Below the pieces are notes generated by a model. The model saw nothing but the letters and a program-made list of their open reading frames with translations, was not told the origin of the DNA and ran no database searches. Of a stretch of DNA of 64,000 bases, positions 9,481 through 23,655 are shown in pieces; within the stretch, counting starts at the first letter, position 1, and each line of letters begins with the position of its first letter. Position numbers and translations under genes: made by a program. This DNA comes from the human T2T-CHM13v2.0 reference genome, Homo sapiens. Location of the stretch: the NCBI RefSeq assembly GCF_009914755.1, contig NC_060942.1; one strand, written 5' to 3'.

Positions 9481-12024
9481 CTCTCTACCTCTAGCATACA
9501 CTTCCTCCCTGAAACTTATAAATAAACAACAAAAGAAAACAATTAGATGACAACAAAGACCTTAATGCAGTGGCTAAGGGCTATAGTTAGTTTTCTCATG
9601 GAGACTGAATATAAGTCCCAAGAGATCTCTCAGATTGGAGCAGATCTGTCACATGTAGTAGGAGCCAAAGGGCCAAACTTAAACATAGGATCAAATCTCA
9701 CGGTTTTAATGCCTTGCTATAGCTTCAGGGAAAATCCTTACCTCTCTTACCATAATGGGCAAACAAGGGCACAATCATAGGAAGCAGATTGCATCTGTGA
9801 TGCTGATAGTTTCACCTCTAAGTTGTCGTAGCTAAAGGCATGATTGCTGATGAGCTCCAAAAGGTATCTAAAACCATCACCTACACAGGTCTATGTCTGA
9901 TAAAAATTATTCACAGTAGGGTAAAGGGGAGCCTTCTTATGACTCTTACCCTACCTGCCATGCCCCTCCATCCCACTCCTTCCAAATCCTACCTTCTCCT
10001 TGAAGTCCATCTTATGCCCCATCATCTTTGAAGTTATTCTAGCTACTCCAGCTCACTTTTGTTTCTTTTCCCACTCTGCTTTGGAGATAGTAATTTCAAG
10101 TCCTTCTGGGGTTGAGGTTAGAATAAAGTTGGGAGCCAAGATGGTGGTACCAACTGTGTGTCAGGCACCGTACTAGGCTCTGATCTCTGCTTCCCTTGAT
10201 ATCACTGAGGGTGTTCTGAACTTCTCCTGAAGCTGGGGATCACCTAATGGAAGCAAAGGGCATCAGAACCAGGGCAAATCTTTGGAAGCAAGTGATACCC
10301 AAGGTCACACACACGTGGCTTAATGACAAAATCTAGGCTGGATTCCAGCCCTTTTAAACCAAGTCTTCTTGCCACAATAACTCCATAATTTTCACTTAAT
10401 TATGTGCTGCTGCCCTGTAAATACCCACTGCATGGCCAGGTAACTAAAGACCTTCAACTAGCCAGATAGTGATGTACTGAAAGGAGGAAATGAAACTTGA
10501 TCAATGTTGTATCCCTATGATGCCCAGCACAACATCTAGTACACAGGAGAAGATCTTAAAAAGATTGCAAACAAAACCCCAAGTCCACAAATACCTTGCT
10601 GACTTGGTTTCACCTGTACTAGAGGCATTCACATTCCAAAAACAATTTCTTCATGGGCAGGAGTGGTGTTACCTAATGAGATTGATTTCCAGTGTTAGCC
10701 ACTACAGGAGTCCAACTGGGCATAAACTTTTGGGGCTATAAAAAATATGCCTTTCATATCCCATATCATAAACAGCTACCCAGCCCCCAGTGTTGGAGTC
10801 TGATGGAATTAAGGTGACTGAGAAAAATATAATTAATATGGTCTTAATTATGGCAGTAATAATACCTACCTCCATCATGAAAATGTAGGATATTAAGTTA
10901 ATGATACTAAATTTCTCAAGGGTAATAAGACCCTTTAAGATGAGTTAATTTGAAAGTTACTAATATGATTAGAGAATAGAAATAGACATATTTAAAAGAT
11001 TCCCAAGGGGCAAGCAAACATCAATATATAGGTAAATTGTGTAGTCAATCAGTCAACAACCTAAAAAAAAATGTTAGGTGCTGGCTGTAGAAAAGTAGAA
11101 GGTGGTACCCTTGTTTTTGTACCATATATAATGAGATACAACAAGCAAAATATAAGTCTCTTTGCCCCCAATTTACATTACAAGTACATTAGTACAGAGA
11201 TCTCTCCTTCTTTCCACTTCTTACCATTCATCCTGCATTACTTGTTTCAACCTTGCATTGTTCTGCTCCTCAGTCAGACTTGTAGACCTTTGAAGTTAAG
11301 AGCTTATCTCGTGTCTCTTTGTGTTTTCAACTCCTAGCATAGTATTGGCATCTAATTGGTACCCAGTAAGCATTTCTTACAGCTGGAGATTAACTACCAA
11401 AAGAGTCATAACTGTGAGCCTCGTTACATTGGAAGGCTTTCACAAAGAAAGTGGGACTTGACAAAGGATAGTGCTTGTAGGAGAGAAATAAAAGCTAAGG
11501 ATAAGTAAGTAGAATTGGCTTCTTGAGGGTATTCACCAATAGGCTCAGGAGTTTAGAGTTTATTGTTCAGCAATGGGGAAGCATTGTTGATAATGAATGC
11601 ATTGGTAGTGGGAGTTCTGTGTTCTAGGAACGTTGCTCTGAATATAGTACTAAAATACATAATAGGTTTTCTCTAGGTGGTTCTGTGTCAGCTACCAGCT
11701 GGGTCCACACATTTTCCCTACTACTAGATCAGCTCAGCTCAGTTTTCCAGGAAATTACAGACTAAGGCATGCAATATATTTGTAGTTTCCCTGAGGTGTC
11801 TTTCTAGTGTGCTTTAGAATTAGCTTATCCATCTAGACCTGGAATTGTGTTATGATATATGTTGTTACCAGAACATCTTTTGTTATTAGTAACATTCTGT
11901 ATTTACTGCATCAATGATAACCCCATATTCCAGCGCTGTCCCCACGTTGCAAACTATTCCTAATTTTATCTTCTTCTAGATCCTTCTTCCTCCAGTCTTA
12001 ACCTGAACATTTCTTTTGCTTCCA

Positions 12025-12499
12025 TGTTGTAATGTGAGGTCTGAAATTAACATGCAATATTAAATGCTGGCATCACATCTTTGAGCTCCAAAGGCCTAAC
12101 CACGAATTCCCCTGCTCTCATCAGATATGACCCCCGCTTAGTAGGAAAACCTTTCTACTCAGTTCCCTAATTAGCAGGACCAGCTGTACACCAACAGGTC
12201 AACCCATGAAATCATTCAAACAAGCTAATTACATCCACTTGTGGAAATTGGGGGTCACTTCATCCTTTTGTTACTACAAAAATTGTCTCCAGGAGCTTGT
12301 TCCCTCTATTCTTGAGTGCAATGCCTGTGTGGTCCTTCATGGTGTGTGGTGTCCTGCTCCCCGAGGCTGTGAGTAAACGTGAGTAATGAACTGCTGTCCG
12401 GCTCGTCTGTCTCCTGTAGGTGTTGTGTTGCCACCTCATATTACTGAGTACAAGAGATTCCCCTCCCACCAATAGAGTGAATAGGTGGTGATCAGGACA
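12025..12499 (+). mobile_element. Old ERVL-class solo LTR (MER73/MER74/LTR53-like)
   Basis: TGTTGTAATG...ATCAGGACA termini, ~475 bp, with an internal gctgtgagta..taatgaactgct block recalled for this LTR group. No clear TSD. Confidence 0.55.
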
Positions 12500-12744
12500 T
12501 ATGCCTTTTTCCATCCAGTTACTTTACACATCAATTGCTGACCCTCCTGATTTTTCTTCATTCAGTGGCTGAAGAAAAGATGGTGGGACTTCTCTTTGGT
12601 CCTGTTATCCTTCCCCAGCTGGTAGGGCTCTTGTGTAGATGATTACTGCTGAGTGTTAGTCTTCTGAGAACTGAGCAGTGTCTAAATTTCTTGATGCTGG
12701 GGTTTAGTGTCTAGATGGAGATAGATAGTTTACCCTGTACATTT

Positions 12745-13085
12745 ATGTCATTCATTCAATTACTGGCCTTTACTGAGCATTTATGAAGACTGCATCCTGA
12801 ACATACAAAGAAGTGTAAAGTAGCATGGCCTCAAGACACCCACATTCTGGTTGGGAGACAGACAATAATATCAGTAATTTTGACATAGACAGATATATGC
12901 TCTAATAATGAAATATCTGTAGTATCATGAAAATCCAGAGGGAGAGAAAATAGAAGAACCTCTGAATTTAGCCAAGGATAAGAGGTTTGAGAAGATTTCC
13001 AAGAGAGTAGAATGTTTTTGAAGGTCGGGTGATTATGCCACCTGGATGGTTTGGGAAGAACATTCCAGGCCAGGGGGACATTATG
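12745..13085 (-). mobile_element. L2 fragment
   Basis: ttcattcaa..tactgagcatttatg..cacattctggttgggagacagac..gaacattccaggc. Confidence 0.65.
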
Positions 13086-13089
13086 TGCT

Positions 13090-13868
13090 AACATTCATAA
13101 CACTTCTTACCACCTTTGTTGCTATAATTCTTGTTTTGCCTACCATCATCTCTTGCCCAGGTCACAGCACTACTTTCCTGGCTCCCTGTTCCTGTCATTG
13201 CCTGCATATAGTCTATTTCATTCCAGTGGCCAGAGTGTTTTTTTTTTTTTTTAATGTAAATTACATCAGGTCACTCCCTATAAGGGCTCCATATTTCACT
13301 GAGGGTAAGCCAAAGTCCTCACAATATCCAAGACCTTACAGTACCTGGCCCCCTTAACCTTTCTAGCCTCCTCTGTTATTACCCTCCCCCTTTACTGACT
13401 CTGCTTCAGTAACAGCTGGCCTTCTTTGAGGCTCTTTGGCGTCCATTCCCTACTGCAGGGCCTTTGCACAATCTGTTCCTTTCACCTAGGACACTCTTCT
13501 CCCAGATGGCAGCATGGCTCCCTTCCTCAACTCCTTCATGTCTTTGCTCAAGTCTTCCCTTCTTAATGAGCCTCACTCTGAGCCTGCCATTTAATTGTAA
13601 ACCATAAAATTTCTCACGACTCCCCTTTATCCTGCTTTCCTTTTCTGTTTGTTTCATCCTCTTCTTTTATGATTTACTGTTAGTTTTCATTTCTTGTCTG
13701 CCTTTCTATCTTTGGTAGGTTGAAAGGTCAAAGGTAATGAGAGTTTTTGCTGGTTTTTTTTTTTTTTTTTTTCCCATGGATATAGCCCAAGGTACCCAGA
13801 ACAGAGCCAGGTACATAGTAGGCACTCAATAGATAATTACTTGTCATCAAATGAATGACTGGATGAAC
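13090..13868 (+). mobile_element. L2 3' portion
   Basis: agggcctttgcac..catggctcccttcc..tgctcaagt..catagtaggcactcaata..tgaatga tail. Confidence 0.8.
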
Positions 13869-14345
13869 CATAGACTGTGATGTACTGGGGTTTTGCAATC
13901 TGACTGCAACATCTGAATGCTTTCAACAGGCGCCACTGAAGACCAGTGTACCGGTAGACAACAGCCAGGTCACAGAGGACTTTATATGCCCTGGAGGAAA
14001 ATTTCCAACTTTATCATGAGGGAACTAGGGAGCCCCTCAGGAATTTTGAACAAGGGAATGGAAAAGCATGGTTACATATCTATTCTATTAATTAAGATAG
14101 GAAATCCAGGGGGATAGCACTTTAGTGAAATCTTGGTATTTTAACTTTGAGGTATGAGACATAATCTGAGAAAGTCAGAAATCTGCTGGTGAAATTTGGC
14201 AGACACATCAGAGATGCAGTGGTACCTGGGCAGCGGTGGGAGATGGACTTGGAGTCAGTAGACCTTGCTGAAATCCTGGCTCTGGACTGCTTAGCAGGAT
14301 GATTGTGCAGAGAGAAATTAGATGTCCTGAGCTTCAAACTTCTCA

Positions 14346-14646
14346 TTTCTTTTATTTATTTATTTCTTTTTTGAGAACTTCTATCACCCAGGCTGGGGTG
14401 CAGTGGTGTAATCGTGGCTCACTGCAACCTCTGTCTCCTGGATTCAAGCAAACCTTCTACCTCAGCCTCCAAAGTAGCTGGGACTATAGGTGTACAACAC
14501 CACTCCTGGCTAATTTTTTTGTTTTGAGTAGAGAGAGGGTTTCACCATGTTGTCCAGGCTGGTTTCAAATCCCTGGGCTCAAGTAATCCATCTGCCTCAG
14601 CCTCCCAAAGTGCTAGGATTATAGGCATGAGCCACCACGTCAGGCC
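14346..14646 (-). mobile_element. AluJ inserted into a MIR
   Basis: J diagnostics (cctgggctcaagtaatcc), degenerate T-rich tail. MIR-like sequence on both sides (~14215-14345 and 14650-14720). Confidence 0.9.
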
Positions 14647-14851
14647 GACTCATGTCTATTATTTGAAGAGCAGGTGAAGATTCAACAGGATGATATGTAT
14701 GAAGTGTCTGATGTATACTTAATTTGTTTATTGTTCTGACTTTCTCACGAGTGTGACATTATGCATGTCTGTGGCATCTAGGAGGTACCTATACAAAAGT
14801 TGGGAGTTACCTAGTAAGAAGTCAGAGGACAAGAGGGCAAAGGGTGTAGCT

Positions 14852-15081
14852 TAGGGACTGCCATTTGGGTGTGGGGGTTAGGCATATACCCCACGTGCTG
14901 AGAGGTGCCTGTGGGGGGTCTGCACTTCCCCTGCAGTATTCCTATAATGGAGGGAGCAAGATATTAAATAGTACATACAAATATTTGGAAAAATGAAAAA
15001 GGTCTTTCCTCTGCTGTTTGAGCAAGGAGACCTGCATTTTCATTTTTCTACCAGGCCCCCCAAATTCTGTAGCCTGCCCCA
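14852..15081. mobile_element. hAT-Tip100 MITE (MER91-like)
   Basis: Terminal block ttgagcaagg..cattttcatttt..aggcccc..aaattctgtagcc resembles the recalled MER91 end. Confidence 0.5.
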
Positions 15082-16741
15082 GGAAGGAGCATCTCCTGGA
15101 GAAGCAAGGGGGCTGCAGGGCAACCTGCAAGGGTCAGCTGGATTTGAGCTTACACATTCTTGGTGGGCCCAGCAGCCCAGAAGGAATGTAGGAAGTAGGG
15201 GGCAATTAACTGAGGGCTGGGCATGACCAGGTGAGAATAGTGGAACTTTGCAGGGGCAAAGAAACTACTGGTGTTAGCAAAAGAAAAATTCAAATGATCA
15301 CAGCTTAGACTGGAGAGAGAAAGAATTCAAATCAAAAGGAAAAACGTGAAAACGCAGGATGAGAAATAGATTTAGAAGGAGCAAGGCACAGAGGAATGTA
15401 ATATCATGGAAGATCTGACCAGAAAAAGGAATTTGAGGGTTCGGTTCATTATTTTTTTCCAAAGTAGAATATTTCCAAAGGAAGTTTCCTTACATCTCAT
15501 TAGTAAAGTTTTTAATTTGCCTTTTTTTTTTACCCTGCATTTGCAAACAAAACATTGCTCTCAGATTCAAGATTTAGACTTCTGAATCATAGTACAACTC
15601 ATTTTTTTTGTATAAGTAACATATGTTTGGTGTCTTTAAACACAATTACTTTTGTATAATAAAAGTGTTGATTTGATGATGCGACATTTTCTGCAAGTGT
15701 GTTTAAGAGAGTTTATGTTTTCATAAGTTGCAATGAAACTCAATTATGTATGTGTAATAAGGCTTCTGATTGTTACACTTAGACTTTTCTGTATAATGAA
15801 GCCAGCAATTAGAATTTGCTTGCTCTATGGCTTACGAAAACACGCTTGTTTTGGAGACAAAAGCCTCTTAATGAGCCCCCTTTTTTGTTAATTTTTTTTG
15901 TTGTTAAAAACTAGTCTATAACTCAAACATATAATTAGATTTCTTAAAGGTTTGAATTTTTGTTGTTGTTATCTTTTTCTCTCTAAACACAAAACAAAGC
16001 AAAAAGCGATAACTTTAAGGCATACATCGTTTCAAAGCTGTGAATGCTGCTAAGATCTGCAGTTTCACCTTAGAGGAACCCCCAGTGTATACTGAGGTCG
16101 TGTTTCACTAAGGAGGTAGAGACCAGGGCATAACGCTAACTTAAGAAAGAAATGTTCTTTCTAAGCATTGCATAGGAGTTGGCCTGGACACTGCAGAGTT
16201 GGGCACTGGTGTTCTCTATGATCTCAGCCTCAGGGGTAACCTGGAGCCTTGGCTCAGAAACAGAATCCCACCTCTGCTCCCTAGTGGCTACTGCTTGCGT
16301 CAGAGGCCTGCTAGAGCTACAATGGATGAGCCATTCTTGGACCAATCCAGTGAGTGAGGACAGAGTTTTCTCAGTGGGCTGTAGAACCTTCCTTGCCTTC
16401 TCCCTTTCCATCTTATAACCTGCAGCCCCTGTGGCAGCTGCTCATGGTGCCCTGTTCGATGTTGGCCGTTCATTTTATGGCTGGCCATTCACGTCGTTTT
16501 TGCAGATGGCTATTTCTGTCCTGCTTGATCAATATGTGAGGAAGAACCTGTGGGCCTAAACATCCCTCATCATGTGTCAGTTTGAAGGAAACCCTTCTAC
16601 CTTCAGAACTGTTTTCCTTTAAGCCTATGATTAAAAAGGACTTACTCTTAGAAGTGCTAAACTTTTTATTATTAATCATTAATAGCATAAAAAGTTTATT
16701 TCTGTAATACTATACTAATTGAGAGAAGGTTTTCAGTGGTA

Positions 16742-17230
16742 TATCAGTTAGTGTCCAGTGACAAAAACACAGGAAACTCTAGGTATTTCAAGCAGATGAG
16801 GATTTAATACAGGCACTTGGGTTGCACATGTGTTGGAATGGCTGAAGAGAACAATGACAATGTGGCTTTGCCCAGCACTCAGGAAGCAGCATTTGCTGGC
16901 TGGAGCTACACAGCAGGTAGATATTGCTGCCATTGAAATCATCGTCCTTTGCTGCCAGAAGAAAACCACAAACTTAAGCCCTGATGCTGAAATCCCCAGT
17001 GATATTGCCAGAGTCTTCCATTGCCTGCAATTCCCTGTGGTTGTTGACAGAGTTAGGAGAAGAGTGACATCCCCTTACCTTCTGCCTTCCAATCTCCAGT
17101 GAGTGCCTCTCCACAGCAGTCTACTCTGGCCAAGGATTCTGGGTGGCAGTTTCCAGGCTTTCAGCCTCAGGAATAGAGGGAAGCAAGCAGGGTAGAATTG
17201 GGTCTGAATATCAGTACACACTATCTGGCA
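16742..17230 (-). mobile_element. Old MaLR (MLT1-type) LTR
   Basis: Starts tatatcagttagtgtccag..ctctaggtatttcaagcaga..gatttaatacagg, ~490 bp. Confidence 0.5.
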
Positions 17231-18572
17231 CACTGAGTGCATGTGATGTGGTTGGGAGATGGATCTCCTCCTGAAATCCTAAATCTCATTATCTTGCCTG
17301 TAGGTCTGGGTTGGGCAGTCTGGATCCCATGGAAGTAATCGCTGCTGACAACTCCCAGAAAACCCCAACCACAGCTGTGGATTTCATGTTCAATCAACTC
17401 TCTGAGCAGTGGAGGAGGGAAAACATAGGGCATTCTGTTGGGAGTTATCAATATGATGAAAGACAGGCCAAGTCTGACCGCTGGAATTAACAATCTCCAA
17501 ACTCAAGAAGTGTCCTATTCAGTCTCTTCTCAGAGGCAGACTTTTAAATCTTAAACAAAGGATCCAATTAAATTTGATCCAATTTAAATCCATTCAGCTT
17601 AGAAACCTTTATTAAATATCTACGATGGATTGTGCCCTGGGCTAGAGAATGCAGGTTTCCACATTTGTGGCTGGCAGGTCGACACTGTGCTGGCACTTGT
17701 AGATTCAAGTTGGAATAGACTCCTGGTCCCCTGAACCCTTGGTTTTGGTTTCTTTGTTATTTAATTGCATAGACTGCATATCCTTTTGGGAGAGGCACCG
17801 TAACCCCCATTTCACATAAAAGATGATTTATGTTGAGAATTTCCTCTGTGGTAGGCACTGAGCTGTGCACTAGAAAAGCCCATCTCATTAAATTTTGCCA
17901 CAACCCTGGAATTAGGCTTATCCTTAAACATTTTTTTTGTTTTGTTTTTCCCAGTAGATGAAGAAATACAAGCTCTGATAAGCTGAAGTGAACAAGGTGG
18001 CCACCAGGCTGTTGTCAGAAACACATAGTCTTTAAGACCTATGGTTGCAACACTAAGATGTACTGCTTCTGGCATAAGACTGAGAATCAGCAAGCTAGTC
18101 CAAGGTGTTGTGGCACTGTCCAGCTTAAAGGCTTCTTCCACTTGCTTGCACAGACCTGGAACTTAGGGGATCTCGTTTTTATCCCAGCTTTGCCATTCCC
18201 AAGCCACATTCCCATCCTTGGCCTCCATTATCTCATATGAAGAATCAAAGATGGAATAAGAGATGGCCTCCATAGAAGCTAGGCTTGCATAGGGTTGTTC
18301 TGTAGCTTGGATTTTCCCTGTCTCATTCCAAGTCTAATTTTCCCACCCATCAAATCTGTCTTCTTATCACCTATTTCACAAGTCATTCTTGTTTTATAAT
18401 CTCATCAATTGATTGCATTATTGCCCTGCCTGTGATATTTCCTCTTTCCTTTCTCTTTGCCCAGATTAAACTTACCCTCCAAACCTTGCTTCCCCCAGGT
18501 CACCTCCAGCCTAACCACCAGAATGCCCAGTGCTCTCATCCTCCTTGGATCTCCTTTAGCACATATTTTTGT

Positions 18573-18880
18573 TTTTATTTTTATTTTGGGGAGACAGGGC
18601 CTTACTTTGTCACCCAGGCTGGAGAGGAGTGGTGTGATCATGGCTCACTGAAGCCCCCACCTCCCTGGCTTAAACATCCTCCCACCTCAGCCTCTCGAGT
18701 AGCTGGGACTACAGGCATGTGCCACCACATCTGGCTAATTTATTTATTTATTTTGTTATTCTGTAGAGATGGGATCTTGCAATGTTGCATAGGCTGTCTT
18801 GAACTCCTGTGCTCAAGCAGTCCTCCTGCCTTGGCCTCCCAAAGGGCTGGGATTACAGATGTGAGCCATTTTGCTTTGCC
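18573..18880 (-). mobile_element. AluJ
   Basis: Full antisense Alu with 16-bp TSD tagcacatatttttgt at 18557-18572 and 18881-18896. Confidence 0.95.
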
Positions 18881-19619
18881 TAGCACATATTTTTGTCTGA
18901 ACTTCCCACCTGACACATTTAAGTGACAGGGCATTCTATTAGCTTTTCATGTGAGCAATCCTTGTTTCACCAGTATTTGACCTTTCAATCCATGGGCTAT
19001 ATATGTGCCATACTTTAAAAATATCCCCACAGTACCTACTATGTAAGTCAGCACATGGTAGGTATTACTAATTGCCAATTAGTGAAGGACCTGGGGAATG
19101 ACCTATATATGTGTTACTAGTTCAAGGAGGGAGAGGCCAATGTGACCTATAATAGTTAGGAAGGGTTCTCCTAAGGAGGTGGACCTTTAGAGTAGAGCTT
19201 TGAAGTTTGGAGAAAATTGAGAAGACAGAGTGATTCAGGAGGGAGAGTGTAAATGGCACAGCACAAATAAAGAGCATGCAGGAAAAACAACATGATGTTG
19301 GGGGATGCTGCAGGGAGAACTGGCTAGCTGAAACATATCAGCAGATTAGGCTGTGAGGAGGTGGGTTCAGGATGTGGAGCCCATGAGAATAGACTGGCAT
19401 AAGAGGGTGGTTAATTTAAATCAGAGAGGTCCTCAGCATGTCCTATGTACTGGGGAGATAAAGTTAAGGAAGATATGACCTCTCTTGGTTATACAAGAGT
19501 TTATAGTCAAAGCAGGGGATGAAGACAAGACCACAAAGAGCTTTCACACTCAGAAGAATATAATCCATGTCAGCAGGAGAGAGATGCTTCTGGGGCTTAG
19601 GGGTAGGCTTAATGAACCC

Positions 19620-19870
19620 TGGAGTGTGGGGCTTCCAGGCCTGGATCCTGGAGACAGAGGCCTGGGTTTAAATCTCAGCTGTAGCACTTACTATCTGCCT
19701 TGTTGTGTGCAAATCCCTTGTTTCTCTGGCCTGTGTTTCATCATCCATAAAATTGGATTAATAGTAGTGCCTAATCATAGGGCTATTGTGAGGATTAACT
19801 GAGACTGTGGATATGAAGTAAAGCATAGTCTAGGGCCCTTGTATGTACCCCATAGATGTTAGTGATTATC
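19620..19870 (+). mobile_element. MIR SINE
   Basis: cctgggtttaaatc..cacttacta..tctctggcctgtgtttcatcatccataaaa..gtgaggattaa. Confidence 0.75.
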
Positions 19871-21424
19871 AAATATTGAAAAGAGGAGAAGATGACTCAT
19901 GATTGAGAGGAGCCATTATGGACCTCATGAAGGTGCCATCTGGGGTGGACTTTAAGCAAAGGGTGACACTTAGCAGGTGGTGACTCGAAGCCAGGGACAG
20001 CAGACAGCCTGGGAAACTGTGAAATTGAGGATGTGGCTGACCCTTATGGGGATGAATACATAGCCCTGTTTTCTGGAAGTGAAGGATGAGTTACAAGGAG
20101 AAGATGTGATAATTTGGAAAGACAGGTGAGGGCTATGCAGGTCCTTACATGACAGTTTGATATGTTTATGCAAGTGATTAAGTGACTACAGGAATATGAG
20201 CCTGGTATTACTACAGACAGAACCAGGTGACACTAAGCATGGGCCCAGGATGGAACCCAGAGTAGGACAAAGGCCAGAGGGGCTCTATCCCCCAGGCCTG
20301 CAGTGGTTAACCTGTTGAGGCAAATTCATTTTTTTTCAAAGTCAGTTTCACAGAGAGAAAAGCACATGAATCCAAATTCCCAAAGACAGCAATCCCCAGC
20401 GGCGCCAAAGGTAATGAAACATTGGTATCTGCTGCTCCTATCTGTTATTGCTGATATTCAGATAATGATGCCAATACCCAGCTTGGGAGGGAGGAAGAAA
20501 TGCTGCTGGGGCAGCTTGTTCAGCTCATCTCCTGGAGGGTTGAAAGGAGGGGGGATGAGACAGGCAAAGAAGAAGGTGACCCTAGAAAACCAAACCCTCT
20601 TCCTCAATCTGGCAAAATAAGTCACTCACTATTTCAAGGAGCCATCTGAGAATGCCTGAAGACTCCCACCCCTCCAGCTGGCTGCGGTACCTGGACTAAT
20701 AGCAGTTCCTTGTCATATGTGGATAGTCTTTTATCATTTCAAAGTGCTTTTGCATCTAATATCTCATTCAGTGTTCATCAGGAGAAAACCTGCACTCAGG
20801 AGGTAATAGGACTCATGCAGGGGACTTGGCCTAGCCTCATTTTGTCATCTTTAGCTCACATAGCAGCTCTTGAAGGGATTAGGTCAAAGTGGGGAAGACG
20901 GAAGATGAGGATGCTCTTCTGGAGCTGTCTGGTGGATTCAGGATCAGAGCTGGAGGAGGAGGGGCTGAGTGGCAAGCCTGTCTCTCCTGTCCCATCCACA
21001 CCTATGCAGGCCTTGACAATGGATCGTACAGGCTTTTCTCTGAGCCTAGACACAGCCTCAGGGTCTCTTAAAACAATGCTGAGAGTCCACTACTAATTGA
21101 TCAGAGCTGGCACTTGGGACAAAATCTATTTGCTCTCCCCGCATTAAGGTATTGTCCAGAGTTTCTCTTTGTTAAAATGTCAATACTTGTGGAATGTTAA
21201 TGTATTAAGCCATTATCAGCCCCTGGCACCTTCATGTGAATTCATTTGTCAGATTGCTTTGTGCAAGCTCTCAGAGGAACTGAGCTGGGATAGAAGAGCT
21301 CGTTTCCTAAGGAATGCCAGGCCTGATGGGAGCGTGGAATGATTAGCAGTGGTTCCTCTATCAGATATTCAGATTGCTTAGCAATCTCTTAAGAAGATGT
21401 ATTGTCTGTACTCAAGAGATACAG

Positions 21425-21590
21425 CATGGAACCTTGGGCAAATCACTTAACCCCGTTAGGTTCCATTTCTTAATCTGAAAAATGAAAATAATGACATCTA
21501 CTCCACCCACTTACAGAAGAACTTTGAGAATGAAAGTCCTCTGAGATGTGTTTTGTATTTTACAAAGTATTATACAAATGCAAAGTCTGA
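21425..21590 (+). mobile_element. MIR SINE core
   Basis: ccttgggcaaatcacttaacc..atctgaaaaatg. Confidence 0.65.
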
Positions 21591-23473
21591 ACATTTAGCT
21601 ACGTTAGGAAGAGACAAGCTCTCATTCCTCAAGTCGAAAGCACATGAAGGGTAAAAGAAAGAGAGGGAGAAAAAATTAATATTTATGAGGTTCCTGATTG
21701 CCATTAATCTTAAATATATTATCCCATTTAATTTCCACATCCACCCCATGAGGTTGATGGTATTGAGCCTATAGTCTTACAGATTACATAGCCAGTGTTT
21801 TTTAGAGATAAGGTCTGAACCCAGATGTCTCTAAGCACTCTTTGGTACATCAAAATCCAAGGCCTAACCTGGGCACACTCTTGCTTTCTTCTTTCCTAAA
21901 TTCTTCCCCATGAAATGAGTTAGGGTTCATGGGTCAGAAAGACACAAGTCAGGATCAAGCAGGTGCCCTGGGACTAGAACGCCTGCAGATGGCAAGGCTG
22001 CATAGGGATTTGGAGACATACAGGAAATGATTACGAAGTCACAGTGGAAAATCAGAAACCTGTTCATCAGGTGCATGTGCAGGATAAGAGGTACAGACAG
22101 CCAGCCTGGGGCCGAAGCCTCAAGGAGATATTTGCACTAGTACACTATCCTCAGGGGAGAAAGACCAAGTCATGGAGGGGCAAGGCTGGATTTCAGGTGC
22201 AAGTAGCATATGTTGTTGTCAGTGGTCCGAATATAAATTCTGAGTTCAAATTCTCCAGATATTCTGAAAACATTGTGGATATCTTATCATCTATTCAAGT
22301 TATTGGCTGTCATTGTATTAAAAGAATTATGCAGTATGAGTACATATGACCCAAATGATGTACATTCATTTAAACACTGAGCAGTGCAGTGGTACAAATA
22401 CATGCTGATTATCTCGTGTCCTTTTAGTTGGCTTTCCTGTGTCTGAAAAGTTGCCTGGAGTTTGGAGCACCATGATAAAGCAATCACACACATTCTCTGT
22501 GCACCTTGGGTATGGCTATGTGAGTTTGATAGTTTGGGAATAAGTGACCCAAGCCAATAACTCCTTCATCCTTTCAATGTCCCTCAAGGAAACTGTGGCA
22601 CAGAAGACAATTTCATTGTTAACAACTGATATTTTTTCATGCTCTTGTACCTAATACCTCAAATTAAATATATTTGGCCTACTGGACCAAAAAACATGGA
22701 ACACTTTTTAAGTACATATATATGCTAGTTAAGCACAGTTTCTACCAAATGCCAAAGCTGGCATTAAAGGAATAAAATGGAATGCTATAACCAGTGGCAT
22801 AGAGCTAGCCCACGTCCACTGCCCTGTGGTTTTGCTTCGTGTGGAAGAGAAAGCCAAGAGTAGTTATGTGAAGAGAAGAGGCAATGGGTCCACTTGTCCA
22901 TTTGCAGCAAGAAGAAGGAATCTGCAGAAAGATGGTCTGTTCTGGCTCTTTTATTGATGTGCAAATCTGTAGAGTTGTGCTTCTGGAAAGCTGAAGTAAA
23001 GAAACTTTAAGGATGCAGGAGGAACAAAGGAAAAACAGCAGTAGAAACAAGAAAAGCCTATAGGAGCAGGCCCAGTTTGTAGACTGTAACTCAGCCTCCA
23101 GGTCCAGAAGATGTTATATGTACATGGATGTAGACTTTAAATAATAGCTGTGGCTTCTCCAGTAGTTCAGTAGAGTTCCAAAATGACATTCAAAGCTAGC
23201 CCAAAGCCCTGGTCCTGGCAGAATCAGGCCAAGGCTACACTGGGAAGACATTCTGGCTCTTTTATGGATGAAACGACAAATCATAAAAAAAGGGTTTAAT
23301 TTGGTTTGTGAAGTCCTAAGGAATAGAAGCAGAACCCAGCAATGGTCATTGAGAGATGCATTTTGGCTCATTATATGATAACATCAAAGCAGAGTGACCC
23401 AAAGATGGAGTATTTTGCCTTAGGCTCTTATGTCCCTGTGCCTGGGCTGAGTTTACTTAGGGTGTTAAAATAA

Positions 23474-23655
23474 CTGTTTCCCAAACCAGACTGAATGTTA
23501 GGCTTACCTGGGGAGTTTCTTGAAAAATACAGATTCCTAGCCTCCATCACTGGAGATTAGCTTCAGCAGGTGATGGGGTGAGAACTAGGAACTTAACGTT
23601 TTGAACAAGATTCCTGAGTAACTCTTGTTCATGGAGCATCTGGGAAATGGTTTTA
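23474..23655. mobile_element. MER5A-type hAT-Charlie MITE
   Basis: ctgtttcccaaac..acctggggag..aaaaatacagattcct..tgggaaa. Confidence 0.7.

Noticed and set aside
15674-15769. TGATGA...CTGA spaced like a C/D snoRNA
   Set aside because: Box C lacks the leading purine and there is no terminal stem.
18432-18926. 164-aa ORF and similar ORFs at 14299, 29088-29584, 47357 and 55626
   Set aside because: Typical translations of antisense Alu sequence.
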